From Octopus vulgaris (taxonomy: Eukaryota), in assembly GCA_951406725.2 (NCBI GenBank), contig OX597840.1, forward strand, positions 38,316,001-38,380,000: a stretch of DNA of 64,000 nucleotides, in the 5' to 3' direction. The translations under genes were made by a program, and so were the position numbers. Every line of letters begins with the position of its first letter. Within the stretch, counting starts at the first letter, position 1. This document shows positions 40,414 through 55,599 of this stretch, one piece after another. A model generated the notes under the pieces. The model was not told where the DNA came from and ran no database searches. It saw nothing but the letters and a program-made list of their open reading frames with translations.

Positions 40414-40492
40414 GTGTGTGTGTGTGTGTATGTGTATATAGATTTGTGTGTCTCTGTTTGTCCCCCAATCCTCGCTTGACAAACGATGCTTC
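40222..40492 (+). mobile_element. 3'-truncated family-A SINE
   Basis: AGGAGTGGCTGTGTGGTAAGTAGCTTGCTTACCAA..CTCGCTTGACAAACGATGCT. Confidence 0.8.
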
Positions 40493-43400
40493 GTCGCTTG
40501 GCGTTCTTTGACTACCTTAGGGGAAATATTTACCAATAGTCCAACAATCATATTCAGCAGAGTGCAATATTTCCAAATATGGCAGATTTCGAAATAAAAC
40601 CAGCTCTAGCCAGGTAAATATTATCGATCGCGCATACACGTAGTAACCCGCTGTCGGATCAAACCCAAACGAATTGACTCTCTGCCCCATGAGTTGTATA
40701 CAAATAAGGTGAACATTATTTGCTAATGTGCCACGGTGAAGCACATGTGAAAGTAAATTAAATTACAAATTAAAATCATGTCCAGTAATGCATAAGTCAT
40801 CGCTCGAACAGACAGAGTGTGTTTGTTTATACGCTGAATTGGCAGCGGAATAGCATCTGGTTGAGTTTTCTAGACGACGCTGAATGTTAAAGAACACCCG
40901 AATGCCATAGCCCTAGCGTAAAACTTGACTGATTGAATCCAAGCGTGGTAGACGCCGATATTTCGCCATTATTGTCGTCCATGACATATGCAAATAGAGC
41001 GAAACGTATTTCCTGGTGTGCGACGGCGAAACACATGTGACAGCGCTCTCATACATTGCTGATAAAACATGACTACACAGCATTACTACCTGGCGTCCAT
41101 TTTTAGGCAACTGGCGTGTTGTATCGACATCTCAACATAGGAGACAGTCAATGCCTGGAACCGTCAAATAACGATCACACGAGAACAGACGATGAGATCA
41201 ATATTGAAGTCACTGAAAAAGTGAATAATACGACGATATTTCATTCGGAGCGAAAGATAAATGGAAACACTCAAAGAGTTTTTGAGACGACGAGACAGCA
41301 GCAATTGCAAAAACAAAGGACACGTAAATGAAACAATGAAACTTCAAATAATAAAGTTTCATAATTGAATAAAGACTTCAGTACATTACTTGTCGAATGG
41401 TGCCAATGATATGGAGGCAAACAGGAATTTGAAAACCATTTTACGTAGATATAGATATATACCTACACACAAGATAATTCCACATACATATGTTAGATAA
41501 ATTCATTCAAGAATATCAGAAAGAGACTTAAGTCACACATGTACACAGACACAGACACATACACACATATACAGGTATATATATGTATGTATGTATGTAT
41601 ATATTTATGTACGTATCTATACAGCCATAGTTATATCTATTAAAGCATATACTCATTCAAACGAAGTCTGTGAATTCAAGGAGTGTTGATTTTATAAGAT
41701 TTCAATCACTGACGTAATACTTTCAGAGTATTAGTGAAAGACTTTAAGGAAACAACCTTCTTATCATAAAATCTGATAGAAATAATCATAATGTATTTCG
41801 AAATCTTGTTACACTACTCTACATTTAGATTTATGCTTGCCTGCTGAAATCAACCTCTAATTATAATTATATCTTCGCAATTTCAGTTACCTAGTGTTTC
41901 AATAATGCATGCAAATCACGGCCGTTTATTTCCGTTCCAGTATCTCACTATCGCAGAAATATTTCCTAGTCTCACATAGTGAATTTCCGTATATACTTAC
42001 AACCAGAAATACAACGAAAGTCAAGTTGTATTCTTTCTCGCATATTTCAAAACGAATGAGTGTGGTTGTGATACCTATCTTTCAATAAACATATAACCTG
42101 TAAAACTTTCATAAACGTTACCGCTGTATAGGTATCAAATCAGACATTTATATCTTACACGTTTAGTTAAATTGTTAATATATGATTACATATAAACTCA
42201 ATCTCGATTCTTATAAATTGTATTACTCGTTGATTTTTTCTACTTTTGAAGATGTTATGTTTTTTTGTGAGATTATTAGAGGTAGCACAAATTCATTTAA
42301 CTGTATTTGGAGTTTGAGTAATAATAAGTTTTTGAGTTTCTAGAGACCTTGCTGATCATTGAAAATAAAAATAAAAATGGGAATTAATTCCAGCATTGTA
42401 CCATTTTTCTTTGATTTTAACGCCTATCACTATTCACGTTGTCCTTACTTTAGAATAAAGACAATAAACGGAATATATTATTTATGTATATATTAATTAA
42501 TTATCTATTTGTTCGACTATATCTATGAAGGACAATAATTTACAAAATGGTTTATAGAAAAAAATATTGAAGAATAAATGAAATATAAATGTAATTTTGT
42601 AACTTAACGTTATGTGACAAAATAATTGTTCTTATTCTCTTCTTACAATCCCAACTTCTATAATTGAAATAAAACTAATTAGAGACTTTATAATATTTAT
42701 GTTCTTCAGAGAAATATGTATTGTGTAATAAAAGACCTATTTAACTCAAAACGAGGCTACTTCACTCTTGAACTATTGGTTATACACACAAAAGTCACTG
42801 GGTTTATTTTTCTTTGATTTTCGTTTGGAGTTAACGGATACAAATTATGTTTATATATCAAAGTATCTGAAGATACGTCGAGCAATTCTTTAAAAGATGT
42901 TCTCGACTTGGCTGTTTGCTTCCCAACCACATGGTTTCGGGTTTAGCCCCACTGCCATTTACCTTGGGCAGATATCATCTATTGCAGCCCTGGGCCGATG
43001 TCAACCTGGTGAGTGTATTTGGTAGACGGAAGCTGAAACACCCCCATCGTATATATATAAACAAACTAAGCCACAGGATATCAAGTATTGATGCAGTAAG
43101 ACCTTTTCAAGCGTCTTCATGTAATTCAACAATGCAATCATTTCATCAATTTAAATACAGTGCCATCATCAGCTGCACAAATGAATAAATAGAATTTATA
43201 TATATATAACCAGGAGTCACTTTTGCTTAATGGTACTGGGGGCTTAACTGGAATTTGGGCGGTGCAAAGTTCGATTCCTTGTCGTGGTTGCTGGCCACAA
43301 TTTTCTGTCTTCTAAAGGGCAATTTCCCTATTTTCTAACCTAACTTCTCCTCTGCGTTCTAGAATTCCTCTATCTTTTGTACAATATATGAGAGTCGTAT

Positions 43401-44711
43401 ATATATGTATATATATATATATATATATATAGGACTATGTGTGTATTTGTCTCCCAACACCGATTGACAACTGGTTTTGGTTTGCTTACATGCCACTAAA
43501 TCACCAATTCGCCAAAAGACCTCGATAGAATAACAATCAAACTAAATAATGTATATATTGGTGCGGATTTTTTCGACTATAAACTTCAAGATAGTAGCCC
43601 TGCTCTGCCACAGACCAAACACTGAAGTAAAAGATAGATGTACCAGTACGAATGTTAGAGTATTTGCTTATGTAAAACACAACTGCAGTTTCCGTATGGA
43701 TAAAATTATTCACCAGAATGATTCTGGTTGCCTCTAATATGTTGTATATCTGCATTGTGTAATAAATAAAGATGAATCAGTTTCTTCTTCAATTTCCATT
43801 TACCTTCTAAGCTCAAAATATTAATGGTCAATAAATCCCTAATCTCGCATAGTCTGCACGCTGAACTAAAGAATCTAGTCCTAATGTTGAGATTATTAAG
43901 TAAGGAGTTACGGTCACTAATTTCTAAAGAATCACTCGCCTACAGCATTTAAATGCATTACTTAAAGATATTTTCTCGCCCGAATATCATTGTCTAAATT
44001 TTTGGTGTACAAATAGTCATATGCGATGCAAAAGATTTGATCCGTGTTAATGTTTTAGGTACGTCTATACGCGGTGCTCATATGCAAACTTGAAGAGAAA
44101 TACTTTCCTCTAAGCCGAAAGCACGTCACGCGTTCTAGAACTGGTGACCATTACATTAAAGCCAACTGCTTAACTACAGTCGCTACAATCAGCCTGGTTT
44201 TAAAAATATATATATGAAACCGATCATCAAGAGCTGATGTACGAGGAACTTAATATAGTAGGCTTAAATTCCAATCGGGAGAGCAGAGGAGAGACACTGT
44301 GTATCCATGCTTTGTCTGTCTCTGGGATTGTAGATCTAAAGAGGACTCGTGATCGAGAGTGTAACGACGAAGGGCTCAATATTGAGGAAGTGCTTAATAA
44401 TGCTTTTGCTCCATCTATAGTCGCTGATGCTGGGGGAAACGAAACCGAGACCGCTTCACAAAAAAGAAAGCATCCGGATAAAAAGCGTGTAGAGAGGGAG
44501 TTAGAGTGAGACAGAGAAATATATAAGGATATATAAGGAACGAGAGGGGATGGATTAGGAGAAATGGGTGTGGGATATAGTAGAAAATAGAGTTAGCTAA
44601 CATAGTGACGTGTGGTGATGAAAAGTGAAGAGCAATTGATGCTGAGAAGATTAGCTTAACGATGAAGGACAGAAGCACAGAAAGAAACAAAGGCATCGAT
44701 ATGTATATGTA

Positions 44712-44780
<69 letters not shown>

Positions 44781-44960
44781 AAAAGGAAATGAAGAAAATG
44801 ATAAGAGAAAAAAAATCAATCAGAAAGGAACTCTATCTCACTCAAAATATCTTTTGATAAGCATAACAAATGCGCAACCGGTAAAAATAATTTTCACCTA
44901 ATTAAATACCCTCTCCCTTACTTAAATTATTTTGTCAGCATTTTCTTCATTTCCTTTTTT
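44781..44960. repeat. ~180-bp element beside (TA)n with 20-bp terminal inverted repeats
   Basis: AAAAGGAAATGAAGAAAATG ... CATTTTCTTCATTTCCTTTT; the body is the reverse complement of 21577-21745. Confidence 0.75.
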
Positions 44961-46060
44961 TATGTATCACAACTCGTGTTCCACATCTCCTTTTTTAAAT
45001 ATATATATATATATATACTTATGCATTTATATACACACATAAATACACACACATACACACACACGCACACACACAGACACACACACACATATATATATAA
45101 GCGCAATTCGGTATTTCGTGATACATTAATATGATATGTTAAATATGTCATAATTATATAGCTAAAGCAATTAAAACCCAAAAGGAAGAATGCAAAATAG
45201 CACCTGCAATTGCTAGAAATAAGAGCTAAAAAACATAACCCGAATAGCCACAGAAAAGGACCAGCCTCACAGGGACCACCATCAGCAAGGCACAACACCT
45301 TTTTGCATGGAGATAAAACACACTGAATGAAATAATTTGATAAGGCCCTATCATACGCTTTCGAAATTTAACCATTCCAGTTTTGCTTCTCTTCAGGGGG
45401 CTCCGCAAATTTCCTCCGGGTTAAAGGAATAGCTTGTTTCTCATTAGCGCATGAGGAATATAACCGTTGAAGACCGAGCGCCAAATTCAATGTGGTTTCC
45501 CCGTATATGTATATAAACCTATAACTATAAGTTTTTATTACGATAACTTAATATTATGATTTATTAGATACCTTATAATATAATAATCGTTTTACACAGA
45601 TTTTCGAAATATATTTTTAAGCCTTTATTTTTTTACTGCGAATTCCTTTAAAAACAACTGTGTTTAAATCTGAAGTTCTTAAATTTACAACTTCAGGCTC
45701 CGCAGCCCACTCGAAATTTTGATTAATCAGTGGAAAATCAGTTTATAACACGTTTGCCAATCCTCATTTAATTTTTTTCATTCTTTGTTATGAATCGATT
45801 TGCGAAAACGTCACTTTTTGCACAAATTTTCGAAGTATGTTTTTAAGACTATATTTCTGATTGTGAAATTCTTTAAACACAACAGTGTTAAAATCTCAAA
45901 ATCTAAAATATACACCTTTAGGCTCCGCAACGCACTTGAAATTTCGAAATTATGTGAAATAAATAGACTTTTCGACTTTGCTTTCTATATTATTTCTAAT
46001 ACTAGGTCATCGAATATATGTTTTTCACGAGATCTGGATTACACATACATTAAAATGAAT

Positions 46061-46585
46061 TTAAAAGTTTGTCAAGATTCTAGCAGGAAAGATAATTCTT
46101 CTTTGGCAAAAGGCATCTACCCCTTGTGTTGCGATTGGGTCAGTTAAACCAAAAATCATAAAAGTTTCCTTTTCTGACGTAGAAGGACTATCGTTACCTG
46201 ACCGATTCCTTCTAATCACTCTCTGAATGATCGATTGAGATACTGCATGGTCGATTCTCCCAAAGATCATTTAGCGATTAGTCCGTTGATCCTGTAAAAA
46301 TCTGGTTCTCTCTGAGGTTCTTTTTCGTCTCTACAACTGCAGTGATTTAAGGAGTTGCACTTAAATGTGAAATAAATCTTTTGTTGCATTGTTTTTAGAC
46401 ATATTACACTTTGTTTGAAAGAATCGCACATTTTTTTCTCCTTTTCACGCATTTTAGTAATACTTGCTACTTTAGACAAAAGTTTAAGATTTTCGGTTTA
46501 ACTGACTCAATCGCAACACGAGGGACGGATACCTTTTGCCGAAGAAGAATTATCTTTTATGCTACAATCTCGACAATTTGTTTAA
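46061..46585. repeat. Imperfect inverted repeat (~105-bp arms), MITE-like or Penelope-like fold-back
   Basis: GATAATTCTTCTTTGGCAAAAGG..GTGTTGCGATTGGGTCAGTTAAACC pairs with GGTTTAACTGACTCAATCGCAACAC..CCTTTTGCCGAAGAAGAATTATC. Confidence 0.75.
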
Positions 46586-46708
46586 TTGAAGGATCTTTCT
46601 TACCTACATGATTTTCTTTTTCTCGGTCAAATAAAGCACATATGCCCTTGTTAGTTGGCAAACCTTCCTCGTTAAGGCCAAATGAAGTACCAAATATTAG
46701 ATAGATAA

Positions 46709-46829
<121 letters not shown>

Positions 46830-47135
46830 AGTGTGTATATATTTGTGCTCGCACGCTGCACATTCACTCACACACAATCACTCCTGCACGCGTATATAAC
46901 TTATTTTTCAATAATTCGTGTCGGGGACAGTGAATAGAATCCGAAATGCAGTGAGTGTGGTACATTAACAACAATTCTAAGAAAGAAAAGTTAAAATAGT
47001 GTTTGTAAATATATATATATATATTCTAGAAACAGAAGATGTAGAATTTTTTTTTCTTCTATCTTTAAGTCTACGATTTTCCTGTTGATTTCTTCTTCTT
47101 TATCTTTTTTTCTCTTCTACGGAATATTTAAACAG

Positions 47136-48982
47136 TTGAACGGAAGTTCGATGTCTCGAAACTGTCTGGAAGAAGAAAAATTGCTAAACTGCTGACTGAA
47201 TTCATCAGAGACAATAATGTTTCCAAAGTGAAAACTATGTTGAAGAAATACACCTTGAAACAAAGATATATGATCATCTCATTGAAGGTTAACGGCTGTC
47301 CACTGTTTTTCGCGGCGTCAGACGCAGGTAACGTAAGTCTTGTTAACTATTTCCTCGATCAATGCGATGCCAACATCGAACAACGTGGAACGTATGCTGG
47401 AATAAAATGCACACCACTTTGGATCGCAGCACTTCGGAACCATTTTTACGTGGTAGTTACGTTGGCTAAACGCGGAGCTGATATCAACACGCAAGCAAGT
47501 TCCGGGAAGAGTGCTGTCAGTATCAGCTGTCGAAATGCTAAGATTGTTAGGTTTCTTGTACAGCAAGGTGCCAATGTTGACTTACCAGACTCAAGAGGCC
47601 GAACATCTCTAATGTGTTCGACCGAACATTTGATCATATGTCGTCGCTTGTTGTCTCTCGGAGCAAATGTTAACAGAATTGACCATAAGGGGCAGGACGC
47701 CCTCCATTTCGCAATAAAACGAGGGCAATTAAAAACAGTTGATTTATTTGTAAGACATGGAATTAATCTTACGAGGAAAGATAATAACGGGACAACACAT
47801 TTGGAGTTTGCAGCTATCCATAACAAACCGGATATAATAGAATTCCTAATCTCCACAAATCAATACGGTAGAGAAGCCATAATATCGGCTTACGAACTCT
47901 TGGGTAGCCAGTTTGCAATGGATTATCACTTGACTTATAACGCAGAGCAGGTGAAGATATGGTGGTTTAGGGCCATACAAATGCGCCATGGAGACACATC
48001 TGAGGCCCCAATCACTAAAAACTTACCCAGTTATCAAAGACTGGTCACTACTATTATCGGAGAAGAATTTACAAGCGTTGATAATTTGAATGAAATTTCA
48101 CACAATGCGAACGCAATGTGGACTCAAGGTCTGTTGGTGCAGTCAAGGATTTTGGGTCCCAGGCATCCGACTACGATCAAGTCACTAATGAGGAAAATAT
48201 GCTTCCACATAAAACGGTGTGAATTCCACGAGAGTATACAATTATTGTACTGTCTGTTGAGTTTTTGTAAACATTTCTCTGATCCACTTCAGAACGATAT
48301 CCTTGATGTGATAGAAACGTTCACATCGATTTTAATGCACACAATATTAACAAACAACACCAGCACCCATCATTTATCTCCTATTTTCCATTGCTTCATC
48401 AATTACGTGTGTTCACATGTCATTCCATACCTGAAAAAACAAGGGACAACAATAAGCAACCAAAAGGTACCCGATTTGGAACGTCTTCTAATTGAAATTC
48501 TGGATTTACTTGAATTAATTTTGAATTATCCCTTAGATGAATTACATACTAAAGAATTCGAAAGCAGTTTAGCGGAACTCATAAGTCATCGGCCTCGTGG
48601 AATGAACCAAATAAGCTTGCTGCAACTTTCAATTCAAATGTACCATCCTCTTAATGTAGTTGAAATGCTTCTGAAATGCGGTGCAGACGTGAATTCCATT
48701 GACAATGAAGGCAACACCGCGATCCATTACGCCATTTTGTATCCTTCGCAATATCAGACAGAAATATTATCTTGTTTACTGCAATTTGGATGTCATGTTG
48801 ATATCGTCAACAACAATGGATATTCTGCGTTGGAATATCTCCAGCTTTGCAAATTGGTATCGAACCCTTTGAAATACTGCACGCTTCAGTGCATTTGTGC
48901 CAGAACTATTCGTAAACACAACGTAAACTACAGGCTTGTACTGTCAAAAGAATTGGTATATTTCGTTGATAAGCATGGCTAA
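47136..48982 (+). CDS. Fem-1-like ankyrin-repeat protein, copy 2 (tandem paralog of copy 1); probably a large terminal coding exon
   Basis: Colinear with copy 1 over its full length, same motifs and same C-terminus (YFVDKHG*), with many synonymous differences. Pyrimidine tract plus CAG acceptor at 47133-47135, preceded by an in-frame TAA. AATAAA at 49017 and 49041 downstream. Confidence 0.88.
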
Positions 48983-49099
48983 GTACTACTGTTTACTGTA
49001 AATTTTCTAATGAATGAATAAAATTGTCTTAAACGTTTGTAATAAAGGGTCAAAAACAAATAAAAGAGCAATAAAAGAGATATTCTCTTTAAAATTACA

Positions 49100-49162
<63 letters not shown>

Positions 49163-49163
<1 letters not shown>

Positions 49164-49520
49164 GTCAAGACCTACCAAAAACTGACCAAATATAAAGATC
49201 TTGAAATAAAAATTAGCAAAATGTGGAACCTGAAGACTAAAACAATACCTCAGATACCAGGGAACCCAAAAATGGCAGAAATTTAAAAGATAGTGCTCAT
49301 ATCCTACGCAAAATACTTTCTATATAATCTCAAGTTTTAAAACAAACACATGATTTTCTTATGGTTTCATAAACATTCTCTAGAACAAAACTATGTACAG
49401 AATCAAATATATGGCACCCTGGGCATAACATCAATATGAACTTCCCACTTGTTGTCTCTTGAGGTCTCTGGGTGAGACTTGGAGCCAACTTGTACAAATG
49501 TAAAGCAAAAGTCAAACATA
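49163..49520 (+). mobile_element. 3' end of an R4/Dong-type non-LTR retrotransposon inserted in (TAA)n
   Basis: KTYQKLTKYKDLEIKISKMWNLKTKTIP..AEI*KIVL..HILRKILS matches the restriction-like endonuclease C-terminus. Flanked by (TAA)n on both sides, the known Dong target. Confidence 0.8.
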
Positions 49521-49521
49521 A

Positions 49522-49631
<110 letters not shown>

Positions 49632-50819
49632 TAATAATAAGTTTCTATTTTATTTACATTATTTCGTTGACGTGTGTATTATATCTTTAGATATGGGACT
49701 ATATACCTGCGAATAAGTTTTGAAACGGCTTGTTGTTTCCCTTGAAATATACCATAGACAAAACTTAGGTTTGACTTGGAATTCAGTAATACATCAACAA
49801 CAGTTAGTTATTTGTTACCATTTTATAATGACAACCATTTTGATTATAACTGAATCCCTAGCGTATGCTTGGCTTTATCTGTAAATCATTTGGTCTCCAT
49901 ACTCAAGTAAACCTGCTATTCTTTTATTTTTCGAAAATTAATAATTTCTTTTCCTTGGCTCGAGTTTTTAATTTTGGAGCGAAAACAGGATATGTTACGT
50001 GCGCCATTTAATTGTCATGCCAAAGAAGAAACCCCAAATGTATGCAAGAATTAGCAACTAGATCTTCCTTAAATGTCACTCTATATTATAAAAACGAATA
50101 TATTCAATAATGTGATCTTTAGTTCTGAAAGAAATGCGCGATGGCCAGAGTTGGATTTCCTTGATTATATAAATAATCTGCTGTGATACATTTGGAAGTT
50201 AAATAGAAGCAAAAAGGCAAGGAATGAGAAATTCGTCAGACAAAAATGTAACTTCGACGCGGAGCGAAATATCAGAAAATGATATAGGGAAATATATTTT
50301 TTTTATTTGAATTAGCTTTGCTGATTTCATCGAAAACTGAGTCTTTGTACGAGTTCACAATTAATTAATTAATTCTGTATACTGATGTCCAATTCCAATC
50401 CACGTGTTGTTGATATTTATTTTATAATTGATTAATCGAAGTTCAATTAGAAGCAGTTATACTTTGATGATCAGTGTTCGAAACATAAGCACCAAAATTC
50501 TTTTTTGGAGAAAAGAACTATAATTTGTGAAATGTATTCCCATCATATGAGATTGCATTCTGTAATTTAGCAGAGATTTGGTGGCGTTTGTATCCGGTTG
50601 AGATATCCTTATGTCACATCTCTGTAAACACAATCCCAAACTAAGTCTATGGAAGTAGGTGATCATACATAATTTGGTCTACGTTTGCATAGATACGATA
50701 ATCTAGTAGTCAATGTAAATATCTGCATAGGGCTGTGTGCTATTTGAAATGACTGTAGATAGTTAATTTTAAAGAAGGAACATTGTGAAGAGAAACATCG
50801 AACTTAAGAGTAAATATGG

Positions 50820-51015
50820 AGGTCCCGATTGAGGGTGTTTTGTGAGGGGAAAAAGTTTTTTGACAATGTTTTAGTGCTTGTACATGGATATTGTTCAACC
50901 ATTCCAAGCATGGCCTCATCTTCCACGTCCTCGAGGCTGCTGTCACCTTCCTTGACTTCTTCGAACAAGTTTTGTAGCACACGTTCGTTGAACCTTTCGG
51001 GCCCTTCCACTTCAT
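50820..51015 (-). mobile_element. Mariner transposase N-terminal fragment
   Basis: NERVLQNLFEEVKEGDSSLEDVEDEAMLGMVEQYPCTSTKTLS..SQNT resembles the mariner HTH region. Confidence 0.65.
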
Positions 51016-51613
51016 TTTAAATTTATTTATTTATTTTTCGCTGCTACTCTTGCAACCATATATAGCGCAACCATATCTGGCTGAATTGGAGCTTGAAAAG
51101 ACGGACAATAATTCGTACTGTAATACTTTGATGAAGCATATACTTCGCGGCTCTTGACAGGGGAATCCTGATCCTTAACATTTTGATAGAGACAACAGAT
51201 GTGAAAATTAGTTTGTTACTCTCTAACCCACGATTCAATAGTATATTGGTACGAAATGGAATAATATTGATTAAGCAGAGATCCTAAATCAATGGACTGT
51301 TAGTGAGCAAACTTCAACAGACTGAATAGTTTACAATACTTGGTGTAATTCGAAAAATGGACACGCGAGGGCAAGGATTCTTGAAAAAAGGAATACACTT
51401 TAGTGGTCATTGAGAAGAGAGAACTGGCGACGATGAATGAGTCGACAGATAACTATTTTCTCTTGCATGAGATGTAGGCTAAAATTGCTATTGGTCAGTT
51501 AAAAGTATTATTGGTCATAATAAGAGATTTCGGAACACAACATGTTTCCAATCAATCAGAATTATGTTTACAATGATGTACAGACATGTACAAATGTGTG
51601 CGCATGTGTGTGT

Positions 51614-51684
<71 letters not shown>

Positions 51685-52799
51685 TGTGTGTGCGTAGGTG
51701 CGTGTGTTAGTGTGTGAGTGTGTGGACGTATTTATATATATATGCATGTAAGTTTTCTCACCTAGAATGTTCTATTTATTCTCTTCGCTCCACAAAACCT
51801 ATAAATGTGTATTAAGGTTTGATTCAGATCATGTGAGTGTGCAAATAGACATATTGACCGAAACGTACATTAAATGGTTTCATAAAGGCAACAGCCAAAT
51901 CAGTAGGGTAACAGCTGAAGGGGAAGAAGGCATTACCAGTGACGCTGGTTGTTTATTCAGGACAAAATACATAGTGAGGGTTCTGAATTCGGCGATTGTA
52001 CAATGCGCAGCCAATTGCTTGGAAAACATTGGTAGAAATTTGGAAGAGATATTTTTTCTACAAGCACAATGTATGTCTAGCCATAGAATGTATTTGCCTC
52101 CTTAAATTTCTTGTCCTGCTTAGAAATTAAATCCACGTTGACACATCCCTGCAGACCATGTGCAACTGTAACAAATAAATCGATACATTGTTGTCTTCAT
52201 GTAGCGTGATGTTAATAGCGGTAATTTAGATGTAATATGCAGAAATCTCAAAGGTAATTCTGTTTAGAAAGCCCGACATGAAAGGGCCCTAAGTATCATT
52301 ACGAAAGTTACAAAATACCATTCGGTCAAATCATAACGTCTCTCAAATAATTATAATGAGCTGTAAGTAGATTTAAACAGCATTGACTGTAAATTACGTT
52401 TTTCGGTTCCTTTGTTTACCGTTCAAATATAAATGACATATAGAGAAATGTATGAACACGAATATTGATTCCGAGTACATACATAGGAAACCAAATACAT
52501 ACGTATATATATATATATGTGTATGTATGTATGAATGTATGTGTGTGTGTGTGTGTGTAGTCTTACAAGACTATCTAAATGAATGCATGTTTGAAAAGCT
52601 CGAATATCAGAGAATTATATAGTCATATTATGTATATAGGTATATGTATATGCACATGTATATAAGGATATGGATATGAAAGTAAACAGATAGAGAAACA
52701 GACGGATAGGTACATATGTGTGTGTGTATATATATATTTATATACACACATATGTCCACACATACATACACGCGGGTAGACAGCAAGGTGGACACGCAA

Positions 52800-52877
<78 letters not shown>

Positions 52878-52879
<2 letters not shown>

Positions 52880-52996
52880 GTGGGGGTGCTGGGACTTCGT
52901 GGCCTTAGTTAAAAGAAAATACAGGAAGGTCAGTTAATCATGATCTTATTCAACATATTCCCCCCTCAAATTCACACACTTACTGCAGCGGTCCTG
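52878..52996 (-). mobile_element. Mariner 3' end fragment
   Basis: Minus strand DRCSKCVNLRGEYVE*, then a TIR-like end adjoining TA (TACGTGGGGGTGCTG on the + strand). Confidence 0.6.
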
Positions 52997-53235
52997 TGGG
53001 GTATTTCCAAATACTGGGCTCTCAGTACTGTTAGGATCTAAGATGCATATAAATGTATTCCACGAACCTGAGGAGACGGGCTCCGTCAGGAAGCTGCAAA
53101 ATTTGATGTAACATGGTATCCTTATCAAAGTGTATTGCATGTCACATGTAACTCCTAATAAATATGTTGGCCGCCCCTTCTCTCCTTTGCCCAGGAACTC
53201 ATATATGTATATATATCTTCCGTAATATATATCTT

Positions 53236-53534
53236 CCGTGACCGTCCAGGCCATCAGATGATGCTACACATCGTTGGTCACAATGCGCTTCGCATTGTTT
53301 AGCCTTCAAATGACGCCACGCCGCTGGCTAAGCGAGCAGGTCAACTGAAGAAAGAGTGAGAGAAATTTGTGGCGAAAGAGTACAGCAGGGATCGCCACCA
53401 TCCCCTGCTGGAGCCTCGTGGAGCTTTGGGTGTTTTTGCTCAATAAACACTCACAACGCCCGGTCTGGGAATCGAAACCGCGATCCTACGACCGCAAGTC
53501 CACTGCCTTAACCATTGGGCCACTGCGCCTCCAC
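53236..53534 (-). mobile_element. Family-B SINE with an alternative 3' tail
   Basis: Head reverse complement ..CCTTAACCATTGGGCCACTGCGCCTCCA; the tail is shared with 62627-62932. Confidence 0.85.
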
Positions 53535-53885
<351 letters not shown>

Positions 53886-54497
53886 TATATATATATATAT
53901 ATATATAATATATAAGAAAATGGAGGAAAAATAACAATAGCAACAACAACAGCGACAACAATAATAACATTGATGATATATTTGTGATTATAATTTAAAT
54001 GTAAAATTTCCTGAGAAATGTGGTTTACAATATTTCTAGAAATAGCCCAACAATTACTGCTTTGGCCGAGGTCAAATTACAGGTCGCTTGACATGTTCAA
54101 CAAACGCCTAAATCAAACACCAATCAACTTAAGTAATTTAGTGAAGCAACAAACCGATTGGTCAGAATACGTTTTGCAAAAGAAATTAATATTCTGGAGC
54201 CTATACAAATGTATTTAAGACTCACAGATTAGGCATCTCACCACAGATGTAAATTGTGAAACTGAACTTTCACATGAACCTGAATATTGCATAGTTTAAA
54301 TTCATGAAATTAGTTCAGTCAGAATGGACATTTGATATTCCATCATTTCAGTATATTATATTATTGTAAGGTTGTAAATAAAACGTGAAAATCTGTTGGA
54401 ATTCTTTTGAATTCTATACACAATCATATACATACATATATATATATATGTGTGTGTCTGTGTGTATAAATATATATATATATATATATATACAAAG

Positions 54498-54540
<43 letters not shown>

Positions 54541-54570
54541 CGAATATATATGTATATATGTATGTATATA

Positions 54571-54760
54571 GTGGTAATTTGCAAAAAATCAAAAGACGAA
54601 GACAGGAGTATAAACAACAAACATATGTATTAGTTTAACGCTCTGGAAGGTGAGAAAGTCTTTTACGTTTCGAGCCTACGTTCTTCGACAGAAATGAACA
54701 CGAGAAAATAGACAGAGTGAATAAGAAAAAATAAGGCTTTAGTGGTTACATTGTTCTGAT
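54571..54760 (-). mobile_element. ~200-bp HHR-bearing element
   Basis: Minus strand 54659-54696: TTT-CTGTCGAA-GAAC gtag GCTC-GAAAC-GTA-AAAGA. Confidence 0.72.
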
Positions 54761-54799
54761 TAAGAGGAAACAGAGTAAGAAAAAAACAGATGGTTGTCT

Positions 54800-55295
54800 A
54801 CTTACTCGTTATGCAGAGCCTGACTTCCTGTTGTACTTACACTTTAGATTCATCGTGGCAATTTATCTGTTTTTTCAACCGGGCAATGTATTTAAAGGAC
54901 ATCCACATACATTACTTTTCTGGTTTGGACCCACCACGATTTGCTGTAAAGTTTTGATCTTTGTGGACCTTAGAATGTCTTTTGAGGCCTCCATTAAATT
55001 TGCAGACTTTATGGCATTCACGACATTAAAAGGTGTGCACAGATAGATACATGCACAATAGTTGGTGAAAGTTCGTTATTTTTAAGGGTCCGCAAATGAG
55101 ATTTGAGCCTAGCAAAAGAAAGGCTCGGTCTGTCACAAAACGCGTACACGAAAAGATCGCCGAGATTCACCTGCTCGTTGATCGCAACATTCTTCTTTAA
55201 ATCGTTCTTGAGTGTGGCATGTGTAATCCTCCTCAAACGATTTCACTCCACTCCACTCTTTTGATCGCCAGCTTGCTCGATCGAAGCAAGGGTTT
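54800..55295 (-). mobile_element. Decayed 3' end of an RTE-clade LINE with C-terminal C2H2-like zinc fingers
   Basis: Minus-strand remnants DRASWRSKEWSGVKSFEE, FCDRPSLSFARLKSHLRT, ECHKVCKFNGGLKRHSKVH, NVCGCPLNTLPG; short AGTA tail. Confidence 0.65.
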
Positions 55296-55599
55296 CTATA
55301 TATAGGTGTATAGCTATATACACACATACACACAGACACGCACACACACACACGAACACATCTATATGTATGTGAGTAATAATATTCATGTATAGGTCAA
55401 CATTTTCTATATCTTCATATACATGCCCAGGGTTATGTTTTTCAATAAAGTTAGCTACTGTATTTAACCGCTGTTATACAGTTGTCGTTTCACTGCATTG
55501 GTAAATACAGGATTTTGTCTAAAGTTTGCGTGCAAATAATCTGCACATCTCTCTCTCTCTCTCTCTGTTTGCTTGATTTGTAATGCTCTTTGGATACAA

